Positions 1-9,610 of a stretch of 64,000 bases of DNA are shown piece by piece. This stretch comes from Gammaproteobacteria bacterium (GTDB lineage: Bacteria; Pseudomonadota; Gammaproteobacteria; Ga0077536). How positions within the stretch are numbered: position 1 is the stretch's first letter; the number at the start of each line of letters is the position of its first letter. Where the stretch lies: NCBI GenBank assembly GCA_016874535.1, contig VGUA01000001.1, positions 41,188-105,187 of the forward strand. The letters are read 5' to 3'. The notes beneath the pieces are model-generated. The model was not told the DNA's origin. It did no database searches and saw only the letters and a list, made by a program, of their open reading frames with translations. The position numbers and the translations under genes were made by a program.

Positions 1-194
1 AACTTGCGATCCTTCGCTTCGATGGGTGTGAGGCGATATTCGTTGATGAGCATGGTCTGATGCTTCAGCCATGCCGTCCAAGCCTCACGGGACACCTGTT
101 CCAGGATGCGCTTGCCGAGTTCCCCCGGGTAGGGCGCGCGCGGCAGACCTTCGGCTTCGCGGCCGAGCTTCACGCAATTCACCATTCGCGTCAT
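1..194 (-). CDS. yggX: Fe(2+)-trafficking protein YggX (partial, 3' end lies beyond window start)
   Basis: Reverse-strand translation from ATG at ~194 reads [57 protein letters not shown]... This matches the YggX signature (PGELGKRI...W..W...QTMLINE). The conserved yggX-mutY neighbourhood supports the call. It is absent from the ORF track because it is truncated. Confidence 0.75.
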   Translation of the reverse strand, partial: MTRMVNCVKLGREAEGLPRAPYPGELGKRILEQVSREAWTAWLKHQTMLINEYRLTPIEAKDRK

Positions 195-286
195 GGCAGG
201 GATCTCCGAAACAAGAAAGGGGCGCCAGCTTATACCAGAGCCCGGGTGGCGTGACCCCGGCAGATTTAAACGCAAGTCAGGCGCAC

Positions 287-1348
287 TCAGGACGGCTCAT
301 CGGCAACCAGCGCGGCCAGCAAGCGGCTCACCGGCGCGGCCAGCCCGATATCGGCAGGCGCCTCCGGTGAATACCAGCAAAGGCCGGCATCCTCCCGCAG
401 CATCTGCTCCGAGGCCTGTACCACGCCCTTGAGGGGTTCGATGCTCAGCCTGAAATGCGTGAAGGTGTGCGAGATCGCAGGTAACGCCTTCAGGCCCCCT
501 TGCAGTTCCAGTCCTTGCATGCGCGCCCAGGTCGCAGCCTCGTGTTCCTTTTCGAGCTCGGGAAAGCTCCACAGTCCTCCCCAGATGCCGCGTGGGGGAC
601 GCCGCTCCAGGAGCCATCGACCGTCTCCGTCGCTCAGCACCAGGAAGCGCGTTGATTTCTCCGGCAGTGCCTTGCGTGGCCTTGGCGTGGGCAGCTCACC
701 CGTACGTCCTTGGGCTTTCGCGAGGCAAGATTCAGCCACCGGACACCGCGTGCAAAGGGGACTGCCGCGCGTACAGAGCGTGGCCCCCAAATCCATGATG
801 GCCTGGGTGTAGACCGCCACGTCGGTCGTCGGAGTCAGGGTCTCTGCGAGCACCCACAGCTTCTTCTGCACGGCGGGGGCTTCCGGCCAGCCTTCGACCG
901 CAAAATGTCGCGTGAGCACGCGCTTCACGTTGCCATCGAGGATCGGGTGTCGTGCGTTCCGGCTGAGTGCAAGGATGGCTCCCGCGGTCGAGCGACCGAT
1001 TCCCGGCAAGGCCACCACCGCCTCGATGTCCTCGGGAAACTCGCCTTGATGCGAAGCAACCAGAATCTGTGCCGCGCGATGCAGGTTGCGACCGCGTGCG
1101 TAATAACCGAGGCCCGACCAGTGATGCAGCACTTCATCCACGTCGGCAGCAGCGAGCGTGAAGACATCCGGAAAGCGCTGCATGAAGCGTTCGAAATACG
1201 GGATGACCGTGGCCACCTGCGTCTGCTGCAGCATGATTTCGGATACCCACACCCGATACGGCGTGCGTGCTGTCTGCCAAGGCAGGCTGTGCCGCCCCTC
1301 CGCCGCATGCCAGGCAACGAGGCGCGCGCTGAACTGCGCCGCTTGCAT
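287..1348 (-). CDS. mutY: A/G-specific adenine DNA glycosylase MutY
   Basis: 353-aa ORF with HhH-GPD and Fe-S cluster motifs ([17 protein letters not shown]) and a C-terminal NUDIX-like domain. Its ATG overlaps the asmA stop by 1 nt. Confidence 0.9.
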   Translation of the reverse strand: MQAAQFSARLVAWHAAEGRHSLPWQTARTPYRVWVSEIMLQQTQVATVIPYFERFMQRFPDVFTLAAADVDEVLHHWSGLGYYARGRNLHRAAQILVASHQGEFPEDIEAVVALPGIGRSTAGAILALSRNARHPILDGNVKRVLTRHFAVEGWPEAPAVQKKLWVLAETLTPTTDVAVYTQAIMDLGATLCTRGSPLCTRCPVAESCLAKAQGRTGELPTPRPRKALPEKSTRFLVLSDGDGRWLLERRPPRGIWGGLWSFPELEKEHEAATWARMQGLELQGGLKALPAISHTFTHFRLSIEPLKGVVQASEQMLREDAGLCWYSPEAPADIGLAAPVSRLLAALVADEPS

Positions 1349-4300
1349 CAGAATTCCAGCAGCTTCTTGATGGCCTTGCCGGCGCCGCCGGCCTTTTCCT
1401 CAATGAGTTTTTCCACGCCCTTCTGCAGCGCCTGGCCCGTCGCCTTGCCGGCGAGTCCGGCAAGATCCGGGGTGCAGCTCTTCACGGCGAGCGGGCCGCG
1501 ACAGCGAATCGGGATCTCGTAATCCCCCAGATTGTAGCGGTGGCCCTGCGTCTCACCGCTCGCTGGTGGCACGCGCAAACGCGCGACATAGTCCATCTGC
1601 GTGCGCGGCAGATCCGCCAATACACCTTCACCCGTGATCTGGAAGCCTTCACCTTCCATCAGGAGATCCCGGTTCCGCACCACACCCTTCTCGACGTTTA
1701 AGGATCCGGTGACGGAGCGGAAACGCGTGCTGCCCCCGGTCGGTGGCAGCTGGGGACGTTTGCTTTCCAGGGTGATCTCCGCCGCCCGCAGCACCGCAGG
1801 CAAGTCCAGCCCGCGCAATTCGCCGTCCGTGATGGCAAAGGAGGCCGGACCGTTGAGGCTTGCCAGCTGTTGCCGGGTATCGTTGCCGCGCATGGAGAGT
1901 CGGGCTTCAAAGTTCAGCACACCAGCGAGATCCTTGCTGTCCGCAACGTCCGTGAGCAAGGGCTCCAGATTGATCTTGGCGAGCGTCGTGTTGCTGTCGA
2001 GGATGGGCGTCTCGTCACGCACATCGAGCAGGAATTCTCCCTGGTAACGGCCACCGTAGAGCTGGGCCTTGACCGGTGCCAGGGCAAGCTTGCCAGCCTC
2101 CGCCTTCAGGCGGAGGTCGAGATCCGAAAGTCGCGCGCCGGCATACTGCAGGGTGCCGCAGTTGGCCTGGCCGTTGATATGCAGGGCGCGCAAACGCGCT
2201 TTTGGCAAACGCATCGCGCCGAGCGCGACAACCTCCGGAGTGATAACGTCCGCCTTGCCCTCTTTGTTCGCGCCGAGATACCGGTCGGCATCCAGCTTGT
2301 CGACTGACAGCGTGAAATCGATTCCGGGCGTGGCACCGGTCTCGAGCATCAGGTCCGCTTTCATCGTGGTCTCATCGATCGTCAGCACCATGCCTTTGAG
2401 CGCGTGCCGGACGGCATCGCCCTCCGTCCGCGCCTGCAGGCCTACCTTCGTCAACGCACGGGCATCACGCGTCTCTGGTGCAGGCTGCCCCAAAGTCATC
2501 AGCAAGCGTCGCAGATTGAATGGCGGAAGTTTCAGGTTGGACTCATAACCGGGCTCGCCGCCGGCGCGCGCGAACCTGCGAAAGCCGCCCGTGCCGGAAA
2601 GGCCGGGACCGGCCAGCACAATCTGGTCGAGGGTGAAGGTGCCGGTCTCCAGATTGGCGCTACCCTTGCCGCTGGACAACGACAGCTCAGCTGGTGCGGA
2701 ATCGCCCAATGGATGCAGCTTCACGCGCAGTGCCGAGGGCGCGAGAGTCAGGGCGCGCGTCGAACCGTCCACCGCCGCCTCCAGGCTGAGAGTGTCGACA
2801 CGCCCGGCGAACAACGGATAGTCCAGTGCGGCAAACAGGGGCTGCAGATCCTGTCCCTCGAGTGCGAGCTTGCCTTTGACCTTGCCGGCGCCATCGACGC
2901 CCGGGTTGGTCATTTGAAATTGCGCATTCAGGGACAGGCCAAAAGCGCTGGCACGAAGCGGCGCGAGCTCCAGCCTGCGCGCCGACGGGTCACGCTTCAG
3001 CCGCAGCTCTGTGGTGAAGGATTGATCCTTGGCCGTGGCGAGTCGGCGGGCTGTCTCAATCGCGGCAGGTGAGGCGCTGAGCGCACCCACGAGACCGAGC
3101 AGCGCAGGTAGATCCGGCCCTTGCAGCGAGAGATCTCCACTCAGCCCGGAAGCGGAAGCTACCGCCAGACCACCTTGCAACTGATTGCCAAGCACACTGC
3201 CTTGCAGGGCCTGCAACTGCAGATGTCGTTCGAAGAGATCGAGACCCAGCGCCGTCGTGAGTTCGTAGGCTCTGGACTTGCGTCCCGCCATGAGCGCTGC
3301 CAGAGCACCAAGGGAATCTTCATCCAGCCCCTGCAGGCTGCCACCAGCCAACACCAACGGCGTGAGGTCCCGTCCGCGCGAATCCAGCGTTCCCTGCAGG
3401 GTGGTCACCGCTTGCGGTGAGGGCAGATCGTCTCCCGTTGAAAGCCTTGTCGTTGTGCCGAACGCCTCCAAGGTAAGTTGTGGAAGCTTCAGCTCGTTGT
3501 TGCCGAGATCGCCCTTTAAGCGGGTCTTCAATGCGAAACGCCGATCTCCAGCCTTGCCCATGGCCTTGGCCAACGCACCGCGCGTCGGGGCCGTAGGATT
3601 CCGCAACTGGTTGAGAACCAGAATGAGGCCGGGAAGATCGTTGCCGCTGAGCTCCATCGCGCCTTCGAAGCGCGCCCGATCGCCGTCCAGCTCTGCCGCC
3701 TCTCCTTGCGCGGAGATCTGCACACCCAGTAATTGTCCTTTCAGGGACGTGAGCGACAGCGCGCCAGCGGCGGGCTCGAATTTGAACTCGCTGTCGATGT
3801 TGCTTGTCCGGCTTGCGAGCGATGCCACCCGCTCCGCGACCGGGAGCTCCAGCACACGCAGCAGACTCGCGAGATCCTGTCCGCGCAGCGCGAGCTTTCC
3901 CTCGATCGCGGGAAAGCCAGCACGAGGGAGGTCGAACGCCAAGGTGCCGGTGAGGCTGTGTCCCAGCCCTTCGAGGCTCAGGGCATCGACCAGCAATCGT
4001 TGCCGGCCGGGATCGAGCTTCACCTTGCTGCTGCCTTTCAGTGTAGCGCGCCCACCCGGCAGTTTCTTGCCACTGAGGCGGGCCTCGAAACCGAGAGGGG
4101 TTACCGAGTACCGGCGCTTCACCGGGTCGTACAGAGCAGTGCCACGCATCTCGACCGGCCCGCTGAGCGCAGGTTGACTGGCTGCAAGCTCGCCCTTGAG
4201 GGAAAACTCGACCGGCTCACCAAAGGCGAGGGGGGCTGATTGCAGGCTCGCTGCCGTGAGATGAGCCTCGCGGCCCGCCAGGCCATCTATCCAGTGGAGT

Positions 4301-4779
4301 TCGGTACCGGTGATATCCACCCCACCCAGCGCAAGCGCGGCCAGTTTGCCGAGGGCGTCGTTCTCCCCGGGAGTCTTCTTCTGTGCGACCAGGTCATCCC
4401 AGTTGGTGGAGCCATCGTTCCTGCGTTCGAGATTCACGGTGAGGCCACTTAGCCTGAGCGTGTCGAGCTCGAGTTCTCCGCGCAGCAGCGGAAATATCCC
4501 AACCGCCACTTCCAGCGTGTCCAGCGCCAGCATCGGTCGCGCATCGAAGCCCGGTGCATTTTCGAGCTCGAGTTGTTCCACCCTGAGCGAGAGCTTGGGC
4601 CAGTAGGCCAGCTGCAGGTCGCCGGCTATGGTCAGCGTGCGTCCTGTGGCCGCTTTAACACGCGCGACCGCCGCAGCCTTCAAGGTCTGGGGATCGAGAT
4701 TCACGACCACCAACCAGGTCCCCGTCAGCACCGCGCCCAGCAGGATGAACGCATGCAGCAGGCGTGGGCGGTAACGCAT
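1348..4779 (-). CDS. AsmA-family outer-membrane biogenesis protein
   Basis: 1143-aa ORF with an N-terminal signal anchor (LLHAFILLGAVLTGTWLVVV) and long repetitive beta-rich body typical of AsmA/TamB-like proteins. Position downstream of mutY matches Pseudomonas. Confidence 0.8.
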   Translation of the reverse strand: MRYRPRLLHAFILLGAVLTGTWLVVVNLDPQTLKAAAVARVKAATGRTLTIAGDLQLAYWPKLSLRVEQLELENAPGFDARPMLALDTLEVAVGIFPLLRGELELDTLRLSGLTVNLERRNDGSTNWDDLVAQKKTPGENDALGKLAALALGGVDITGTELHWIDGLAGREAHLTAASLQSAPLAFGEPVEFSLKGELAASQPALSGPVEMRGTALYDPVKRRYSVTPLGFEARLSGKKLPGGRATLKGSSKVKLDPGRQRLLVDALSLEGLGHSLTGTLAFDLPRAGFPAIEGKLALRGQDLASLLRVLELPVAERVASLASRTSNIDSEFKFEPAAGALSLTSLKGQLLGVQISAQGEAAELDGDRARFEGAMELSGNDLPGLILVLNQLRNPTAPTRGALAKAMGKAGDRRFALKTRLKGDLGNNELKLPQLTLEAFGTTTRLSTGDDLPSPQAVTTLQGTLDSRGRDLTPLVLAGGSLQGLDEDSLGALAALMAGRKSRAYELTTALGLDLFERHLQLQALQGSVLGNQLQGGLAVASASGLSGDLSLQGPDLPALLGLVGALSASPAAIETARRLATAKDQSFTTELRLKRDPSARRLELAPLRASAFGLSLNAQFQMTNPGVDGAGKVKGKLALEGQDLQPLFAALDYPLFAGRVDTLSLEAAVDGSTRALTLAPSALRVKLHPLGDSAPAELSLSSGKGSANLETGTFTLDQIVLAGPGLSGTGGFRRFARAGGEPGYESNLKLPPFNLRRLLMTLGQPAPETRDARALTKVGLQARTEGDAVRHALKGMVLTIDETTMKADLMLETGATPGIDFTLSVDKLDADRYLGANKEGKADVITPEVVALGAMRLPKARLRALHINGQANCGTLQYAGARLSDLDLRLKAEAGKLALAPVKAQLYGGRYQGEFLLDVRDETPILDSNTTLAKINLEPLLTDVADSKDLAGVLNFEARLSMRGNDTRQQLASLNGPASFAITDGELRGLDLPAVLRAAEITLESKRPQLPPTGGSTRFRSVTGSLNVEKGVVRNRDLLMEGEGFQITGEGVLADLPRTQMDYVARLRVPPASGETQGHRYNLGDYEIPIRCRGPLAVKSCTPDLAGLAGKATGQALQKGVEKLIEEKAGGAGKAIKKLLEF

Positions 4780-4791
4780 GGGAGCCGGGCC

Positions 4792-6243
4792 TCAGCGGAG
4801 CGCAGACAACCGTTGTCGCGCCCGGACACACGCCTTACGCACTTGGCGTGGCGCCGTGCCGCCGAGATGGTCTCGCGCGGCCACCACGTTCGCGATGTCG
4901 AGCACCGGATAGACCGCCTCGGTGATCTGCGGATGCAGGGCCTGGAAATCGCCGAGCGGGAGCGCTTCCAGGCGGCATCGCCGCTCGATGGCGAGCTTCA
5001 CGGCTGTCCCCACGATGGCATGGGCATCACGGAAGGGCACGCCAATACGCACCAGATAGTCGGCAAAATCCGTGGCATTGGTAAAACCTGCTTCGGCCGC
5101 CTCACGCATGCGCTCGCGCCGCACCTCAAGGCTGGGGATGAGATCGCCAAACGCCCGCAGGCAGGCCTGCAAGGTATCCACCGTATCGAACAGGGGTTCC
5201 TTGTCTTCCTGATTGTCCTTGTTGTAGGCGAGGGGCTGACTCTTCATCAGCGTGATGAGTGACATCAAATGCCCCACCACGCGGCCACTCTTGCCACGCA
5301 CGAGCTCGGGCACATCAGGGTTCTTTTTCTGCGGCATCATGCTTGAGCCGGTGCAGAAGGCATCGGCCAGATCGATGAAGCCGAACTGCTGCGAATTCCA
5401 CAGCACGAGTTCCTCGGACATGCGTGAGAGATGCACCATGATGAGGGCGCCTGCCGCGGTGAACTCGATCGCAAAATCGCGATCGGAAACAGCATCCAGC
5501 GAATTCTCCGCCACGGCCGCAAACCCCAGCAGCTCTGCGGTCAGCTCGCGCCGGATGGGAAAGCTGGTGCCGGCCAGCGCGCCCGCGCCCAGCGGCAGCA
5601 CGTTGATCCTGCGCCGTGCGTCCTGCAGACGTTCGCGATCCCGGAGCAGCATCTCGAACCAGGCGAGCATGTGATGGCCGAAAGTGATCGGCTGCGCTGC
5701 CTGCAGATGCGTGAAGCCCGGCATCACGGTCGCGGCCTCGCGTTCGGCGAGATCGATGAGCGCGGCGAGCAAGGTATCGAGGCGTGCGCAGAGGCTGTCC
5801 ACCTGGTCGCGCAGGTATAGCCGAATATCGGTCGCGACCTGATCGTTGCGTGAACGTGCGGTATGCAGCTTCTTGCCGACGGCACCGATGCGAGCCACCA
5901 GCGCACTCTCGATGTTCATGTGGACATCCTCCAGTGCCACCGACCACTGGAACTTCCCGGCTTCGCATTCGGCGAGGATGTCGGTGAGACCGGCGACTAT
6001 CGCCGCGCACTCCTCCGCGCTCAGGATCCCGCTGGCAGCCAGCATGCTCGCGTGTGCAATGGAGCCCTTGATGTCCTGCGCGTAGAGTCGTTGGTCGAAA
6101 CCCACGGAGGCGGTGAATTCGGCGACGAACGCATCGGTGGGGCCTTCGAAGCGACCGCCCCAGGCCGAGTTGGCGCCGCTGGGAGCTCCGGAGAGGCTGG
6201 CCTCCGGGGCCTTGCTCGATGAGGGATGGGAGGAATCTGTCAC
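4792..6243 (-). CDS. argH: argininosuccinate lyase
   Basis: Conserved WGGRF...SRNDQ...GSS(M)MPQKKNPD fumarase/lyase signature. The ORF-track frame stays open to 6393, but the nearest start upstream of WGGRF is a GTG at 6243, and the earlier ATG or GTG starts would add 50+ unconserved residues. The true start is uncertain. Confidence 0.8.
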   Translation of the reverse strand: MTDSSHPSSSKAPEASLSGAPSGANSAWGGRFEGPTDAFVAEFTASVGFDQRLYAQDIKGSIAHASMLAASGILSAEECAAIVAGLTDILAECEAGKFQWSVALEDVHMNIESALVARIGAVGKKLHTARSRNDQVATDIRLYLRDQVDSLCARLDTLLAALIDLAEREAATVMPGFTHLQAAQPITFGHHMLAWFEMLLRDRERLQDARRRINVLPLGAGALAGTSFPIRRELTAELLGFAAVAENSLDAVSDRDFAIEFTAAGALIMVHLSRMSEELVLWNSQQFGFIDLADAFCTGSSMMPQKKNPDVPELVRGKSGRVVGHLMSLITLMKSQPLAYNKDNQEDKEPLFDTVDTLQACLRAFGDLIPSLEVRRERMREAAEAGFTNATDFADYLVRIGVPFRDAHAIVGTAVKLAIERRCRLEALPLGDFQALHPQITEAVYPVLDIANVVAARDHLGGTAPRQVRKACVRARQRLSALR

Positions 6244-6413
6244 GCTGGCAATCGCTTGGGTGAATCGAACTCCAGTATATCCTAGTGATCCATGACCACC
6301 CGGTAGCCGTCCGGGACCACGCGGGACTCCCTCCGGACCACCCGGGATGGCCGGTCCCATGATGCCCGGAAGGGAAACAGCGCGTGGTCGCACGGATGAA
6401 AGGGAGCAGACGC

Positions 6414-7466
6414 ATGGATCTCACAAAGCGCAGTCAAACCGAGAGCTTTCTGCCCGATCTGTGCGGCACCCGCGCGCTGTTCGTGGTGGTGATGGTGTCC
6501 GAACTGCTGGTATTCGTGCTCGTGGTGGCCGATAGCGGGCTCACGCTCGCGGCCCTGCCGGATCTCGCCCTGCTCTCGCTTTACGTGCAGCTGCTGACGC
6601 TTTCCGCGGCAGCCATCCTGTGTCTTGCGCGGCCCCACCTCGGTCGTCTTCCGCCAGCCCGGGGTGCCGCCTTCGGCTACCTGCTGGTGCTTTGCCTGGT
6701 GTGCGAGGCTGCGTGGTGGGCCCTCAGTCCCGTACCCGGGGAGCTCAGCCTGATCGAGCTTTCACACCCCCAGTTCTTCGGTCGCACCCTGGTGGTGGGA
6801 GCCATCGTGAGTGCGCTAATCCTGCGGTTCTTCCACGTGCAGCACCGTTGGGAACGACAGGTGGCGGCAGAGGCCAGGGCCCGGCTCTGTGCCTTGCAGG
6901 CGCGTATCCGCCCGCATTTCCTGTTCAACTGCATGAATTCCATCGCCAGCCTCACCCGCAGCAATCCGGCGGCAGCGGAGCAGGCGGTGGAAAATCTGGC
7001 GGATCTGTTTCGCGCCAGCCTGAAGGAGGGCTCTGGCCTCGTGACGGTGGCGGAGGAATGCGAGCTCGCCTCGCGTTATCTCGACATCGAAGCCCTCCGG
7101 CTGGGTGATCGGCTGCGACTCAGTTGGGATGTCACGGCCCTGCCGCGCGACGCCGTGCTACCGCAGTTCACCCTGCAGCCCTTGCTCGAAAACGCGGTCC
7201 TGCGCGGCATCGAGCCGCTGCCCGCCGGGGGTGCCATTTCCATTGTCGGCCGGCGCGACCGCAGTGGCTGCCTGGCGCTTGCAGTCCACAATCCGCGTGA
7301 CGCGACATTCACTCGCACCGAGGGTCACCAGCTTGCACAGGAGAACGTCAGGCAGAGACTGGAAGCCTGCTTCGGTTCACGCGGCCGCCTGACCCTCGAA
7401 GAAACGCCAACCAGCTACACCGTGACCGTGCAGTTTCCCGCCATGAGCCGCGAGGCACTGGGGTGA
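6414..7466 (+). CDS. algZ: LytS/AlgZ(FimS)-type sensor histidine kinase (non-canonical HisKA_3-like)
   Basis: Multi-TM N-terminus and the [15 protein letters not shown]-box typical of the LytS-YehU-AlgZ family. A strong RBS (AGGGAG) lies 6 nt before the ATG at 6414. The stop overlaps the algR GTG (GTGA). Divergent from argH, as in the Pseudomonas argH-algZ-algR locus. Confidence 0.75.
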   Translation: MDLTKRSQTESFLPDLCGTRALFVVVMVSELLVFVLVVADSGLTLAALPDLALLSLYVQLLTLSAAAILCLARPHLGRLPPARGAAFGYLLVLCLVCEAAWWALSPVPGELSLIELSHPQFFGRTLVVGAIVSALILRFFHVQHRWERQVAAEARARLCALQARIRPHFLFNCMNSIASLTRSNPAAAEQAVENLADLFRASLKEGSGLVTVAEECELASRYLDIEALRLGDRLRLSWDVTALPRDAVLPQFTLQPLLENAVLRGIEPLPAGGAISIVGRRDRSGCLALAVHNPRDATFTRTEGHQLAQENVRQRLEACFGSRGRLTLEETPTSYTVTVQFPAMSREALG

Positions 7467-8203
7467 GAATCCTCATCGTCGATGACGAACCGCTGGCGCG
7501 CAGCCGTCTCCGCGCACAATTGGCCGAACTGGGCGTGGGTGAAGTCGTGGGGGAGGCCGGGGATGGCGCTGATGCGCTCGCCAAAATCGCGGCACTCGCG
7601 CCGGAAGTGTTGCTGCTGGATATCCGCATGCCGGTCATGGACGGACTTGAGCTGGTGCGCCATCTGGCCGGCCTGCCGCAGAGACCGGCCATCATCTTCA
7701 CGACCGCGCATGATGAACATGCACTTGCCGCCTTCGAGGCGAATGCAATCGACTACCTGCTGAAGCCCGTGCGTGCCAGCCGCCTGCGCGAGGCCCTCGA
7801 CCGTGCGGCCCTGTTCAACACAGCGCGTTGGCGGGCGCTCGATGCAGTTGGCGATGCGGTGGCCCGCACGCATCTCAGTGCGCTCAGCAAAGGCGGCCTG
7901 CGCGTGGTATCCGTACGCGAAGTCCGCTATTTCCAGGCCGATCAAGGTTACGTGGCGGTGCGGTATCCCGAGGGAGAACTGCTCATCGAAGATTCGCTGC
8001 GCGTGCTGGAACAGGAATTCGGCAGCCTGTTTCTGCGGATACACCGCAATACGTTGGCAGCGCTCGCCTGGATTACCGCACTGGAGCGTGATGCGGGAGG
8101 CAACCATTTCATCCGCGTGAGGGATGTGCCGGACAGCCTGCCGGTCAGTCGGCGCCTGTTGGGCGAGGTGAGGCGCCGCCTGCGCCATCTCGTGCTGCCC
8201 TGA
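7463..8203 (+). CDS. algR: LytTR-family response regulator (AlgR-like)
   Basis: Receiver domain (ILIVDDEPLARSRL...LLLDIRMP) followed by a C-terminal LytTR DNA-binding domain. Translationally coupled to the upstream kinase. Confidence 0.8.
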   Translation: MRILIVDDEPLARSRLRAQLAELGVGEVVGEAGDGADALAKIAALAPEVLLLDIRMPVMDGLELVRHLAGLPQRPAIIFTTAHDEHALAAFEANAIDYLLKPVRASRLREALDRAALFNTARWRALDAVGDAVARTHLSALSKGGLRVVSVREVRYFQADQGYVAVRYPEGELLIEDSLRVLEQEFGSLFLRIHRNTLAALAWITALERDAGGNHFIRVRDVPDSLPVSRRLLGEVRRRLRHLVLP

Positions 8204-8215
8204 AGGTCACGCGCC

Positions 8216-8944
8216 TCACTGCGAGAGGTCTCCCGCCACAGACTGCAGCACCGAGAGCGCAACCAGCGCCGCGGTTTCCGTGCGCAGTATGCGGGGACCG
8301 AGGCGTACCCCGCGACAACCGGCGGCTATCAGGCGTTCAATTTCCAGTGGATCGAGGCCGCCCTCGGGGCCAATCACGAGACTGACGGACACCTTGCCCA
8401 CCACCGCACTGGCAAGAGTCTCCCGAGCAACCGGTGTGAGAGTCAGCTTGAGTGCCGCGCTATCACCTGTCATGAACTCCTGCAGTGACTGAATCTCTTC
8501 CAGCACCGGCAGGCGATCGCGCCCCGATTGTTCGCAGGCGTGGGTGATGATGCCCTGCCAATGCGCCAGACGGCGTGCGGCGCGCTCGCCGTCCAGCTTG
8601 ACCTGGCTGCGGGCGCTGGCGAGCGGGACGATGCGGGTAACCCCCAGCTCAACGGCTTTCTGCAGGGTGTAATCCATGCGCTCACCGCGCGAGATCCCCT
8701 GGGCGAGTGTTATCTGCAAGGGGGATTCGCGGACGACTTCCGCCCACTCGCCAAGCACCACTTCGACGCGATCCCGCTGACAGGCTTCCAGCACGCCCGG
8801 GTATTCGCCGCCCCGACCATCAAAGAGGGTGAGCGTGCTGCCAACACGGGCGCGCAGGACCTCGCGCACCTTGTGCGCGGCGCCCTCCGGCAGGATCACG
8901 CGGGTCTGCGGACTGAGTGCGACGGGAACGAAGAGGCGGGGCAT
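8216..8944 (-). CDS. rsmE: 16S rRNA (uracil1498-N3)-methyltransferase RsmE
   Basis: 242-aa SPOUT-fold protein with the C-terminal IGPEGG..E motif and RsmE-like N-terminal PUA-like region. Confidence 0.85.
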   Translation of the reverse strand: MPRLFVPVALSPQTRVILPEGAAHKVREVLRARVGSTLTLFDGRGGEYPGVLEACQRDRVEVVLGEWAEVVRESPLQITLAQGISRGERMDYTLQKAVELGVTRIVPLASARSQVKLDGERAARRLAHWQGIITHACEQSGRDRLPVLEEIQSLQEFMTGDSAALKLTLTPVARETLASAVVGKVSVSLVIGPEGGLDPLEIERLIAAGCRGVRLGPRILRTETAALVALSVLQSVAGDLSQ

Positions 8945-8962
8945 GTGGTCCCGGCTCAGGGA

Positions 8963-9020
8963 GATTCAGGGTGATTCAAGCCGATTCGGGGCAATTGCGG
9001 CAGATGCAGGCCGATTCAGG
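8963..9020. promoter_or_regulatory. Phased direct repeats GATTCRGG (x3 at 10-bp spacing, 4th copy 30 bp later) in the rsmE upstream / rsd 3' region
   Basis: GATTCAGG at ~8963, GATTCAAG at ~8973, GATTCGGG at ~8983 and GATTCAGG at ~9013. The one-helical-turn phasing suggests a multimeric regulator binding site. Confidence 0.3.
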
Positions 9021-9489
9021 CGGCGCTGGCGGTTCCCGGCACCTCGCCCAGCATGGCGATGATCAGGACGTCCTCGAGCTCGATGCGGTTGGAAAGGTTT
9101 TCAGCCAGACGCGACAGATCCTGCGCGAGGTGATCATTCAGCAATTGCGGCGGGGCAGACTCATAGCGCTCGCTGAAGCCGACGGCGCCGTCCGTGATGG
9201 CGGCGATTCGGGGGTAGATTTCCCGCGCAGCCTCCACCACCGGCTGGCGACGCTCCGTACCTTCGGCGAGACGCTGGTAAAGCCCGAAATGCCCCGCCGC
9301 GATGTAATCGACCAGGATGCTGAGGAATTCATCCAGCGTGTTGCGCACCCGCTCATCCACGTTGTGCAGGTTGAGCTTGATGAGATCGGCCAGCAGGCTC
9401 AGCACCTGTCGACCTTCCCGCAGCAGATCCTGGATGAGTTTGCGGGTTGCCGGCCGCGCATAGGCGGGATCCTTGGTCTGCTTGTCCAT
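9016..9489 (-). CDS. rsd: Rsd/AlgQ-family regulator of sigma-70
   Basis: 157 aa from the second Met, with GGAGA 7 nt upstream. The block DEFLSILVDYIAAGHFGLYQRL aligns with E. coli Rsd DDFCQSLVDYLSAGHFSIYERI. Confidence 0.8.
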   Translation of the reverse strand: MDKQTKDPAYARPATRKLIQDLLREGRQVLSLLADLIKLNLHNVDERVRNTLDEFLSILVDYIAAGHFGLYQRLAEGTERRQPVVEAAREIYPRIAAITDGAVGFSERYESAPPQLLNDHLAQDLSRLAENLSNRIELEDVLIIAMLGEVPGTASAA

Positions 9490-9610
9490 CCGAGTTCTCC
9501 GGTGCTGGGGAAATTCCGCCCTCACACGCAGGCGGACATGGCGGCTTCAAATCGCCCGCTACTGTAGCCAAAGGCGTCGTCGAACGCACGCCCGCAAGGC
9601 CGTGGCTATA

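Noticed and set aside
6282-6638. 118-aa His-rich ORF ([17 protein letters not shown])
   Set aside because: It overlaps the algZ-like start region on the opposite strand. It has low complexity, no RBS and no homology.
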